From positions 1-23,035 of the forward strand of contig JBNJFB010000039.1 in assembly GCA_051746405.1 (NCBI GenBank): DNA of 23,035 nucleotides, written 5' to 3'. Below the pieces are notes generated by a model. The model saw nothing but the letters and a program-made list of their open reading frames with translations, made no database searches and was not told the DNA's origin. Within the stretch, counting starts at the first letter, position 1. Each line of letters begins with the position of its first letter. This document shows positions 1 to 8,044 of this stretch, in pieces. The DNA comes from Campylobacterota bacterium. GTDB taxonomy: Bacteria; Campylobacterota; Campylobacteria; Campylobacterales; Arcobacteraceae. The position numbers and the translations under genes were made by a program.

Positions 1-209
1 TTAGATAAATATATTTTTCCAAGGGTATAGTATGCTTTTAGATTATCATTCTCAATTGCTAGTAAAAGAAGAGTATAACCTTTGTCTATATCTTTTTTTA
101 CCTCTTCTCCTTTTAGATATTTTAAGGCTTCATCATAATAGTCTGTTCTATTTTCATTTGCAAATAGATTTAATGAGATAATTAGAAGTAAAAAAGATAC
201 TATTTTCAT
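1..209 (-). CDS. Exported Sel1-like repeat protein, 3' end outside the window
   Basis: Not in the ORF track. ATG at 209 overlaps the alr stop (ATGA). Manual translation [69 protein letters not shown] shows a signal peptide (LFA) and Sel1-like pattern (Y..G..V.KD..K....L..A..., AYY.LG.IY). Frame is open to the window edge. Confidence 0.75.
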   Translation of the reverse strand, partial: MKIVSFLLLIISLNLFANENRTDYYDEALKYLKGEEVKKDIDKGYTLLLLAIENDNLKAYYTLGKIYLS

Positions 210-1231
210 CTTATGATTTCTCTTTTTATATAAGGGTTTAGAGATGTTACTATCTCATAAGTTATTGTATCATGAATTTTTGCTAATGATGTGGCATCAT
301 TGAAAATGCAAACTTCATCTTTACTTGTATTTAAAGATAAGCAATCCATTGAAACTCTTCCAAGAACATCATATCCATCAGGGGTAGTATACTTTTTTCT
401 TTCATTGAGTCTAAGGAAACCATCCCCATAGCCAACATTATATGTTGAAACTGTCATATCTTTTTTTGCTTTATAAACTCCCCCATAACCAATTGCTTGA
501 TTTTGCTTGATTTCTCTTGTGGTAATTCTATTTGCCCATAGGGATAATACAGGTTTCAAAGGGGGGATAAAAAGTGGTTTTTCAGTATCAATATACCCAT
601 AAGTGGCTATCCCAACCCTTGCAAAATCTTCATCAAAATTTTGGTGTCTAAATAGGGCTGCAGAGTTACAAGAATGGAACTTTGGAGTAGGCAATAAAAG
701 TTGTTCACATCTTTTCAACACCCTTGTTTTAACCTCTTGAAAGTTCTTGTTTTGCCAGAAAAAATCTGTTGATAAACAATCAGCACTTCTATGGTGTGTG
801 AATACACCTGTTATATTTATATTTCTTTTATAAAGCCCATCAATACAGGCTTCTATATCATTCATACTAATACCATTTCTATGCATACCTGTATCAACTT
901 TTATATGAACATTGCAGTTTGATTTTAGATTACTAATCTTTTCTAGGCTATTTAAAGCTATGTGAAAAGTATGTGAATAAGTGTGAAAAATCTCTTCAGT
1001 AAGTACTAAGATTTCATCAAAGTACTCTTCAATCTGTAGGGCTTCATTTAAGCTTTTAACAGCAGCTTTTTTTACTCCATATTCACAAGCTAAAGTGGCA
1101 ACCTCTTTTAGTCCATGTCCATAGGCATTATTTTTTAGAACAACACAAACTTTCTCTTTCCCACCTGCTTGTTTTGAGATAATATCTAAGTTATGAAACA
1201 GATTTTTTTTACTTATTAATATTCTTGCCAA
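206..1231 (-). CDS. alr: Alanine racemase
   Basis: PLP-lysine motif [35 protein letters not shown] and GRVSMD. TTG start with GAGG upstream inside the uvrC 3' end. Confidence 0.97.
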   Translation of the reverse strand: MARILISKKNLFHNLDIISKQAGGKEKVCVVLKNNAYGHGLKEVATLACEYGVKKAAVKSLNEALQIEEYFDEILVLTEEIFHTYSHTFHIALNSLEKISNLKSNCNVHIKVDTGMHRNGISMNDIEACIDGLYKRNINITGVFTHHRSADCLSTDFFWQNKNFQEVKTRVLKRCEQLLLPTPKFHSCNSAALFRHQNFDEDFARVGIATYGYIDTEKPLFIPPLKPVLSLWANRITTREIKQNQAIGYGGVYKAKKDMTVSTYNVGYGDGFLRLNERKKYTTPDGYDVLGRVSMDCLSLNTSKDEVCIFNDATSLAKIHDTITYEIVTSLNPYIKREIIR

Positions 1232-1233
1232 TT

Positions 1234-3087
1234 CTATTTTTCCTCTTGCTTTTTGAAGTAATCAATTATAAGGTTTGCATCTTTTTCATTTATAACTGCT
1301 TTTAACTCTTCAAAAGTAGCTGTTTTAATTTTTTCAAACTCTCCAAAATATAGAAGTAGTTTTTTTACTTTTGCTTCACCAATTCCATTTATTTGAAGAA
1401 GTGAGATTTGTCTATCCTCTTTTCTTTTTTGTTTTTTATGATAGTTAATTACAAACCTATGTGCTTCATCTCTTAATCTTTGTACAAAATGTAGTCTTTG
1501 ATCACTTGATTTTAGCTTTAAACTTCTTATATTTCCTTGTTTATCTTTGTAGTGAATAATATCATTAGCAGAACCTTTTGCTCTATGTGCCTTTGCATCA
1601 ACTTTCTCTTTAGCAATTGCAATAATATCAAGGTTTGCACCACTTGAGTTTATAATGTCATATGCTAATTTTAATAAAGTCTCCCCTCCATCAATTACCC
1701 ATAAATCAGGGGGTGAAGTTTTTTCAAAACTCTCAACTCTTCTTAGTAGCATCTCTCTCATTTGAGAGTATTCATCCTTTGATTCAAGATTATAGTGCCT
1801 AAACTCTTTTTTATTAAATCCATTTAGCTGTTGGCTCCATGCTACTAAAGCTCCAACTGTAGCTTGTCCCATCATATGTGAGTTATCATAGCTTTCTATT
1901 GTATAAGGTAGTGTTTGTAAGTTAAATAAGCTTTTTAACTCTTCATAAATATTTGTTTGATTTTTTGTATTATCTATTCTTAAAAGTTCATTACAATTGC
2001 TAATAGCAGTATCAATAAGGCTTTTTTTCTTTCCTATTTTAGGGTTTAATATAGTTATGTTTCTATTAAATCTATTTTTTAAAAACTCTTCAATCTCACT
2101 TTTATCTTCAAGCTCTTTTGCTACAATAATCTCTTTTGGAAGTAGTGGGATTTCGTTGTCGTAGTAGTTTATAATAGCTCTTGTATATGCTTCACTTAAG
2201 TCTATATCTTTATTGTCCTCTAAAAAATCAATTTTTACGAAATCATGTGAAGAAGAGGTTATTCTACCTTCTCTTATAAACATTCTTACTACAACAGCTT
2301 TTTTCTTTCCTGCTTTTATAGCAAATAAATCTAACTCATCATTTGAAGCTAAATCAACTGTTGATTTTATTTGAGATTTTTCAATAGATTTTACCCTATC
2401 TCTTAATTTCATAGCCTCTTCAAATCTTAACTCTTCAGAGTACTGATTCATTTTATCTTTTAGTTTTGTTATTAGTTTTGATTTATTATAGATATAATCA
2501 CAAGCTTTTGATACTATCTTTGCATAATCTGCTGTGGATATTTTACCCTCACATGGTGCATGACATTTTTTTATTTGATGAAACAAACAAGCTTTTTTAT
2601 CTCTTATACAAGATTTTTTTTGAACTAAAGGAACTATTTCGTATATACTATCTAGCATATCTTTTGCACCTGTAGAGTATGGTCCGAAATATTTTATATT
2701 TTTATTTTTAAAAACTTTTCTAGTTATCTCAAGTCTAGGAAAGAGCTGTGCATAATCAATCATAATATAAGGATAGGTTTTATCATCTCTTAGTAGAATA
2801 TTATATTTTGGTTTTAATTGCTTTATTAATGAGTTTTCTAAAATTAATGCATCGTGCTCATTTGGTGTTACAATCCATTGTAAAGAAACAGTCTCACTAA
2901 TCATTTTAAAGATTCTAGGACCTAGTTTTTCAGCTGGTTGTAAAGTAGGTGTAAATTTAAAGTAGGATTTAACTCTATTTTTTAAAATTTTTGCTTTTCC
3001 TATATATAAAAGGTGCCCATCTTTGTCGAAATATTGATAGACTCCTGAGTTATTTGGTAGTTGTTTTAATTTCTCTTCTAAATTCAT
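1234..3087 (-). CDS. uvrC: Excinuclease ABC subunit C
   Basis: GIY-YIG N-terminus ([42 protein letters not shown]), UVR domain (LRFEEA..LRD), RNase H-like domain ([23 protein letters not shown]) and C-terminal HhH (GIGEAK). Confidence 0.98.
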   Translation of the reverse strand: MNLEEKLKQLPNNSGVYQYFDKDGHLLYIGKAKILKNRVKSYFKFTPTLQPAEKLGPRIFKMISETVSLQWIVTPNEHDALILENSLIKQLKPKYNILLRDDKTYPYIMIDYAQLFPRLEITRKVFKNKNIKYFGPYSTGAKDMLDSIYEIVPLVQKKSCIRDKKACLFHQIKKCHAPCEGKISTADYAKIVSKACDYIYNKSKLITKLKDKMNQYSEELRFEEAMKLRDRVKSIEKSQIKSTVDLASNDELDLFAIKAGKKKAVVVRMFIREGRITSSSHDFVKIDFLEDNKDIDLSEAYTRAIINYYDNEIPLLPKEIIVAKELEDKSEIEEFLKNRFNRNITILNPKIGKKKSLIDTAISNCNELLRIDNTKNQTNIYEELKSLFNLQTLPYTIESYDNSHMMGQATVGALVAWSQQLNGFNKKEFRHYNLESKDEYSQMREMLLRRVESFEKTSPPDLWVIDGGETLLKLAYDIINSSGANLDIIAIAKEKVDAKAHRAKGSANDIIHYKDKQGNIRSLKLKSSDQRLHFVQRLRDEAHRFVINYHKKQKRKEDRQISLLQINGIGEAKVKKLLLYFGEFEKIKTATFEELKAVINEKDANLIIDYFKKQEEK

Positions 3088-3088
3088 T

Positions 3089-3985
3089 TTAGTGATAATT
3101 TATATAGTATGGTTGTAAATCAATTTTTTGACTACCTACGTTTTTTATTCCCAAAATCTCTTTTGGTGTCATTATAGGTTTTTTATCAGTTTTATAGAAT
3201 ATTTTAAATCCACTTATTGCTTTTTGCATTTGAGTAGTATTATATAGACTATTATATATTTTTACTTTAACTCCTGAGTTCCCATGCCCATCAATATTAT
3301 AAATTAACTGTATATTATCAAAGTTTTTTACATTCTGTTTTTCTCTTAACATTCTTGGATGAAACATATGTACTATAACTTTTTTCTTTTGAAATATACT
3401 ATTTTCTATTAAATAGTTACTTATTAGCTTTTGAACATTATTTAAATCACTTGCAAAGATATGTCCCACATACTTACCAGGTGCGTATCTTCTATGCGTT
3501 GGTATTTTAAACTCTGGGTCTATTGCTAAGTGTACATTTTCATACTTTAAATAAGGCAATAAAGGTTTTAAAGCTTCACTTGGAGTTTTAACTCCTAGTT
3601 GAACATCTAAAATCACAGTAAAATCTTCTTTTTGAGCTCTTTTGATATATTTTAAGACACTACTTTTTTGCATTCCTAATAAATAATCATTTCTTCTTCC
3701 AGGGTCTTTTGTGGCAAGGGAGTGAATTATATGAAAGGCTAGTTTTACATCATATTTATTCTCTAACTCTTTATTGAAATACTCTTTTTTCTTTTTCATC
3801 TTTAAAACTAATTCATCAATATTAGTTTCACCTAAAATCCCTAAAGACTTACTATTTGGTCTTCCATAATATCCTATTAAAATCTCTTTTTTTTGAAGTT
3901 TTATCTCTTTTTTATCTATAGATGCAAAAGCTGATTGTATTAATAAACTAAAGCTTATAAAAATAGTAGTAAAAAGTCTGTTCAT
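3089..3985 (-). CDS. Exported conserved hypothetical protein
   Basis: 298-aa ORF with a Sec-type signal peptide (..IQSAFA) and conserved-looking motifs YYGRP..LGILG, LDVQLG, HLAIDPEF, IDGHG and GFKIFY. Ends 1 bp before uvrC. Confidence 0.8.
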   Translation of the reverse strand: MNRLFTTIFISFSLLIQSAFASIDKKEIKLQKKEILIGYYGRPNSKSLGILGETNIDELVLKMKKKKEYFNKELENKYDVKLAFHIIHSLATKDPGRRNDYLLGMQKSSVLKYIKRAQKEDFTVILDVQLGVKTPSEALKPLLPYLKYENVHLAIDPEFKIPTHRRYAPGKYVGHIFASDLNNVQKLISNYLIENSIFQKKKVIVHMFHPRMLREKQNVKNFDNIQLIYNIDGHGNSGVKVKIYNSLYNTTQMQKAISGFKIFYKTDKKPIMTPKEILGIKNVGSQKIDLQPYYINYH

Positions 3986-4046
3986 TTTTTCTCTTTGTGA
4001 AGATATTTTATCTATGGAAGTATAATAAAATATATTAAAAAAAAAG

Positions 4047-4799
4047 TTAAATATCCAAAGCTTTAAACCATAAGTTCCATAAATTTTTATATATACGTTT
4101 ATAAATCTCTATTTTTTTAAGTTGATAAGGTTTTACTTTATTTAAATAGCATTTTAAAAAATAGTTTTCTTGTTTTTTATTTAGTCTAAACTCCACACAA
4201 ATTGATGCTAAATCAAAAAAACTATCATTTATGCATGCAAACTCCCAATCAATTAAAAATGCTTTATTTTTTGAAAAAATAATATTAAAAACATTTAAGT
4301 CGTGGTGGCATAAAACAGTATTTTTTTTATATTTATTTAACTTTTTTAAATCTTGTAAAGAGTTTTTAATCAGTTTTTTTGATTTTTTATCTTTTATCTT
4401 TTTTCTATACTCTTTAAACTCTTTTTTTAGGCTATAAGGAAAATCTTTATAATCTATTTTATGTAGTTTCTTTAGAGTTTTGGTAATAGCTTTTATCTCT
4501 TTTTTTGAAAGAGTCTTTTTATGTCTACCTTCTAAAAAGTCACAAAGCATAAACTCTTCATCAAAAACATAAGGTTTGGGAGCAATTTTTATTTTTGAAG
4601 CTTGTTTTTGAATATCATACTCATTTTTTCTATGATTGTTTTGATTATGAAAGTGTTTAAAAACTCTTAAACAGTATGAATCTTCTAATGTATCTATTTT
4701 ATATATTTTATTACAAACCCCTTGATTTTTTAAAAGTTTAAACCTTTTTATTCTTTTGCTTTTAAAAAAACTATGATTAGTTAGTTTTTGAATATTCAT
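4047..4799 (-). CDS. Choline/thiamine kinase-like phosphotransferase (APH/ChoK family)
   Basis: QGVCNKIY loop, Brenner motif CHHDLNVFNII, LIDWEFA and FFDLA. Overlaps the upstream pnuC by 23 nt. Confidence 0.85.
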   Translation of the reverse strand: MNIQKLTNHSFFKSKRIKRFKLLKNQGVCNKIYKIDTLEDSYCLRVFKHFHNQNNHRKNEYDIQKQASKIKIAPKPYVFDEEFMLCDFLEGRHKKTLSKKEIKAITKTLKKLHKIDYKDFPYSLKKEFKEYRKKIKDKKSKKLIKNSLQDLKKLNKYKKNTVLCHHDLNVFNIIFSKNKAFLIDWEFACINDSFFDLASICVEFRLNKKQENYFLKCYLNKVKPYQLKKIEIYKRIYKNLWNLWFKALDI

Positions 4800-5391
4800 A
4801 CTCTCTTTCCCATTTTAAATAAGCTACAAAGGCTAAAGTTGTATATATAGCAAAAAGTATAGCAGTTAAATTTAAGCCTTTTTCAATATAGATATAAATA
4901 GATATAGCATCTATTATAATCCAATATATCCAGTTTTCTAATACTTTTTTTGCTAATAAGTATGTGTTAAATATAGCAAAAACTGTAGTAAAAGAGTCCA
5001 AATAAGCAAAGTCAGCATTTGTATATGTGGCCATTATGTAGCCAAGTAATAGGGATATAATAGATAAAATTAAAATAATTTTTATATTTTTTAAAATACC
5101 AAGAGATGTTATTTGAAGTTCACTATTATTAAATCTATTTCCATATCTCCAAGAGTACCAACCATAAATAGCCATGATTAAATAGTATATATTTAAAGCA
5201 CTATCCATTAAAAGAGAAGCATCGAAGAATATAACAGAATAAATAAGAGTTGAAAAAAATGCAGCAACCCAGCACCAAATATTTTGTTTGATAGCTAGAA
5301 GCAAGTAAGCAATAGATAGTGCCATTGCTATTGCTTCCCAACTAGATACTATTTGTAGATGTGAAATAATTGTTTGAATAAATGTTTCGAT
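4777..5391 (-). CDS. pnuC: PnuC-family nicotinamide riboside/B-vitamin transporter
   Basis: Multi-TM protein with YGWYSW, LDSFTT, AKKVLENWIYWIIID and YLKW. The track start (5325) removes the first helix (SSWEAIAM). The frame extends to an ATC at 5391 preceded by AAGGAA; the exact start is uncertain. Confidence 0.88.
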   Translation of the reverse strand: METFIQTIISHLQIVSSWEAIAMALSIAYLLLAIKQNIWCWVAAFFSTLIYSVIFFDASLLMDSALNIYYLIMAIYGWYSWRYGNRFNNSELQITSLGILKNIKIILILSIISLLLGYIMATYTNADFAYLDSFTTVFAIFNTYLLAKKVLENWIYWIIIDAISIYIYIEKGLNLTAILFAIYTTLAFVAYLKWEREYEYSKTN

Positions 5392-5438
5392 AAAATTTCC
5401 TTTTTAAAATGGAAATATACCCAAATAATTAATAAAGT

Positions 5439-5987
5439 TTAATTATTTAAAAGTTTTACTATCTCATCTTCTATATCCACAGGTTTTGTGCTAGGGGCAT
5501 ATCTATTTACAACATTACCCTCTTTATCTACTAAAAACTTTGTGAAGTTCCATTTTATACTTTCACTTCCAAATATTCCAGAAGCCTCTTTTTTTAAGTA
5601 TGTATATAGGGGTGATTCACTCTGTCCATTAACATCAATTTTTGCGAACATATCAAAATTTACCCCATAAGTTAGTCTACAAAACTCTTTTATATCTTCA
5701 TTTGTTCCTGGTTCTTGATTTGCAAACTGATTTGATGGAAAGCCAAGTACCATAAAATCTTTATCTTTATATTTGTCATATAATTTTTCTAACCCCTCAT
5801 ACTGTGAGGTAAATCCACATTTACTCGCCACATTTACTATTAAAAGAACCTTATTTTTATATTTTGAAAGGTTTACTTCTTCATTATTTATATCTTTAAC
5901 TGTAAAATCATAAACACTCATATTTGACTCCTTTGCTAATATAAAAACTATAGATAGTGTAAAAATTATTAAAATCTTTTTTACCAT
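5439..5987 (-). CDS. Cys-type glutathione peroxidase (BtuE/Gpx family) with N-terminal signal-like peptide
   Basis: Motifs VNVASKCGFT (Cys codon TGT), GFPSNQFANQEPG and IKWNFTKFLVD. Second in-frame start at 5921. Confidence 0.95.
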   Translation of the reverse strand: MVKKILIIFTLSIVFILAKESNMSVYDFTVKDINNEEVNLSKYKNKVLLIVNVASKCGFTSQYEGLEKLYDKYKDKDFMVLGFPSNQFANQEPGTNEDIKEFCRLTYGVNFDMFAKIDVNGQSESPLYTYLKKEASGIFGSESIKWNFTKFLVDKEGNVVNRYAPSTKPVDIEDEIVKLLNN

Positions 5988-6129
5988 TTGTTTAATCCTT
6001 GTTTTTACTTTTTATATTTTAGTATAATTTAATCTCTTTTTGTATTAAAATTATACAGATTTTTGTAAATAGTTTGTAACTTAGTTGTTATACTTATATT
6101 ATACAATTCAAAAAAAATAAGGATATATT

Positions 6130-6219
6130 ATGGAAATTGTTTATTTAAGTTTAGTTTGTACAGTGTTTGTTGGAGTTGCAAGTTACTTTATGATAAATTT
6201 TTTTTCAAGAAAAAACTAA
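6130..6219 (+). CDS. Putative 29-aa single-pass membrane protein
   Basis: TAAGGA RBS 6 nt before the ATG. Translation MEIVYLSLVCTVFVGVASYFMINFFSRKN* has a hydrophobic core and a basic tail. Extended -10-like TGTTATACT at 6086-6094. Confidence 0.6.
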   Translation: MEIVYLSLVCTVFVGVASYFMINFFSRKN

Positions 6220-6232
6220 AAGAAATCTGTTT

Positions 6233-6598
6233 TTAGATTAATTCAAGTTTTTTTAGCATATTTTCTAAATTTGTTTTATTTATAGGTTTTTTAATAAACC
6301 CCATTGCACCATTTTGTTTTACTTTATTCATGGCTTGTTCTTGAATATCTGCACTTACAATTATAATTTTTGCATTATCATCAAACTCTTTAATCTGCTT
6401 TGTAGCTTCAAACCCATCTAAAATAGGCATAGTCAAATCCATAAATGATATATGTGGTGTGTGTTCTTTATATAAATCTACTGCTTCTTGCCCATTTGCC
6501 GCTTCAAGAATTTCATCACTTTCATTTATAAGCTGTTTTAAGTTTTTTATAGTCATTTTTCTTGCTATTTTAGAGTCATCGATTATTAAGTATTTCAT
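6233..6598 (-). CDS. Stand-alone CheY-like response regulator receiver
   Basis: IIDDS, FMDLTMPILDG (phospho-Asp), IVSA and FIKKP motifs; 121 aa with no output domain. Confidence 0.92.
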   Translation of the reverse strand: MKYLIIDDSKIARKMTIKNLKQLINESDEILEAANGQEAVDLYKEHTPHISFMDLTMPILDGFEATKQIKEFDDNAKIIIVSADIQEQAMNKVKQNGAMGFIKKPINKTNLENMLKKLELI

Positions 6599-6621
6599 GC
6601 AGTACCTTGAATTTTTTTAAA

Positions 6622-6630
6622 ATTATAACA
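6622..6630 (-). promoter_or_regulatory. Extended -10 promoter element (TGTTATAAT) for the receiver gene
   Basis: Reverse complement of attataaca, about 24 nt upstream of the ATG, followed by an AAGG RBS. Confidence 0.5.
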
Positions 6631-6704
6631 TAAAAATTGCAAGATTTAATAAAAGTAGGTTTTTAAAATATTATATTTATGGTTTTAAAGTGTAAGGTTT
6701 TTAA

Positions 6705-6782
6705 TGGTCGGGGCGAGAGGATTCGAACCTCCGGCCCCCTGGTCCCAAACCAGGTGCGCTAACCAGACTGCGCTACGCCCCG
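6705..6782 (-). tRNA. tRNA-Pro (anticodon TGG)
   Basis: Reverse complement CGGGGCGTAGCGCAGTCTGGTTAGCGCACCTGGTTTGGGACCAGGGGGCCGGAGGTTCGAATCCTCTCGCCCCGACCA folds as a cloverleaf with anticodon stem CCTGG/CCAGG, loop TTTGGGA, T-loop TTCGAAT and an encoded CCA. Confidence 0.98.
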
Positions 6783-6796
6783 AAATTAAAGCGTGA

Positions 6797-6825
6797 ATTA
6801 TAGTAAGTTTTTATTAGTTTGTCAA
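6797..6825 (-). promoter_or_regulatory. Consensus sigma70 promoter of tRNA-Pro
   Basis: TTGACA-17 nt-TATAAT on the minus strand, ending 14 nt upstream of the tRNA 5' end. Confidence 0.85.
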
Positions 6826-6839
6826 GAAAAAAAGCTGTT

Positions 6840-7334
6840 TTATTTGAATATATTTGTTTTTTCTATTAAAATATCTTTATTATTAACAAATCTTGAACAT
6901 CTAAGACCATTTAGTTTTTTGCAAATATTTTGCCATCTTTTTGTGTGTCCAGAGTTTTGTTTTGTGAAATCTTTGAAGATAAACATAAGAGCATGGGCAT
7001 ACTCATGGGGTAAAACATCATTTATCATATATGAAGCACTCTCTTTAAATCTATTTTTATTTAAATAGATTTTAATTGAACTATCTTTTGAGTAAACAGC
7101 CATACCAAATCTTGAAGCTTTCATTCTATCTGATACTATTATTGGAATATCTCTTGTGACATTAAAATTTATATAAGCAAGTCTTTTTAAACTTGCCTCT
7201 TTTTGTTTTATCATATTTATATATTTACTGTCTAAAGATTTATTTTCAAAACTATAATCTTTATACCATAAATATATAAGTAAAACTATACTTATTGTTG
7301 TTATAAATAGAAATAGTTTTTGTAAGTTTTTCAC
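6840..7334 (-). CDS. Membrane-anchored SprT-like zinc metalloprotease
   Basis: N-terminal TM helix, LPHEYAH (HExxH) and GH.KRWQ.IC as in SprT-like domains. GTG start. Confidence 0.8.
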   Translation of the reverse strand: MKNLQKLFLFITTISIVLLIYLWYKDYSFENKSLDSKYINMIKQKEASLKRLAYINFNVTRDIPIIVSDRMKASRFGMAVYSKDSSIKIYLNKNRFKESASYMINDVLPHEYAHALMFIFKDFTKQNSGHTKRWQNICKKLNGLRCSRFVNNKDILIEKTNIFK

Positions 7335-7339
7335 AAAGG

Positions 7340-7813
7340 TTACTCTAAATATTTGATTAAAACATCTCTAAAATGGTTTAGTTGTTTCATCATAGTATCA
7401 TCACCATCATTTATATCAGGATGATATTTTCTAGCTAACCTTTTGTACTCTTTTTTTACCTCTTCTTTAGTGGGTGTGGTTGTAAAACCAAAAAACTTCT
7501 TTGCTTCTTGTACTTCACTATACCTTGGCTGATTAGAGAAGTTTTGAAAATCATTAGCGTTAAAACCTCTAAAATCATTGAAGTTAAAGTTAGAGTTAGT
7601 ACCTTGAGAAAACTCTTGACCATTAAACCTAAAATGAAAAGCATTTTGCTTTAATTTCTTTTTTAAGTTATAAATAATTATAAAACCAAGTATAAAAATA
7701 ATTCCTAGAATCATCAAGAAAGTTCCGAAATTTGTAAATATTAGATACAAAATAAAAAAAAGTAGTGCTAATCTAACTATTCTATTAAAAATATATATGG
7801 CAGTATTATTCAA
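7340..7813 (-). CDS. Membrane protein with C-terminal J-domain
   Basis: Two N-terminal hydrophobic helices, an N/F-rich linker and EEVKKEYKRLARKYHPD..M.QLN. TTG start with AAGGA upstream. Confidence 0.85.
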   Translation of the reverse strand: MNNTAIYIFNRIVRLALLFFILYLIFTNFGTFLMILGIIFILGFIIIYNLKKKLKQNAFHFRFNGQEFSQGTNSNFNFNDFRGFNANDFQNFSNQPRYSEVQEAKKFFGFTTTPTKEEVKKEYKRLARKYHPDINDGDDTMMKQLNHFRDVLIKYLE

Positions 7814-8044
7814 AATTCAAATCCTTTTATAAAAAAAGTATTATAGTATTTTTTTGCTATAAGTTAATTAAGATGTTTACATATAATAAACTTATAATCA
7901 AATAAATTAAACAGACTATATATGTTACTAAAGTAATCATTTATTATATAAAAATATTGCTATTTTTACGCTATGTTAAAATTATCATAAAAATCTCATA
8001 TCTTAAAATTAATCTTACTTATATAAAATAAGGAGGGTTAGATT

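Noticed and set aside
2466..5670. Short plus-strand ORFs 2466-2675, 4231-4437 and 5488-5670
   Set aside because: Antisense shadows inside uvrC, the kinase and gpx, with no motifs or RBS.
5439..5987. Selenocysteine GPx
   Set aside because: The active-site codon is TGT (Cys) and there is no in-frame TGA.
6600..6840. tRNA-Pro as an integration site for an island
   Set aside because: No integrase, and I saw no duplicated tRNA 3' end elsewhere in the window.
6793..7644. ORFs 6793-7068 (+) and 7456-7644 (-)
   Set aside because: The first overlaps the tRNA promoter and is antisense to the SprT-like gene. The second is an alternative frame within the J-domain gene.
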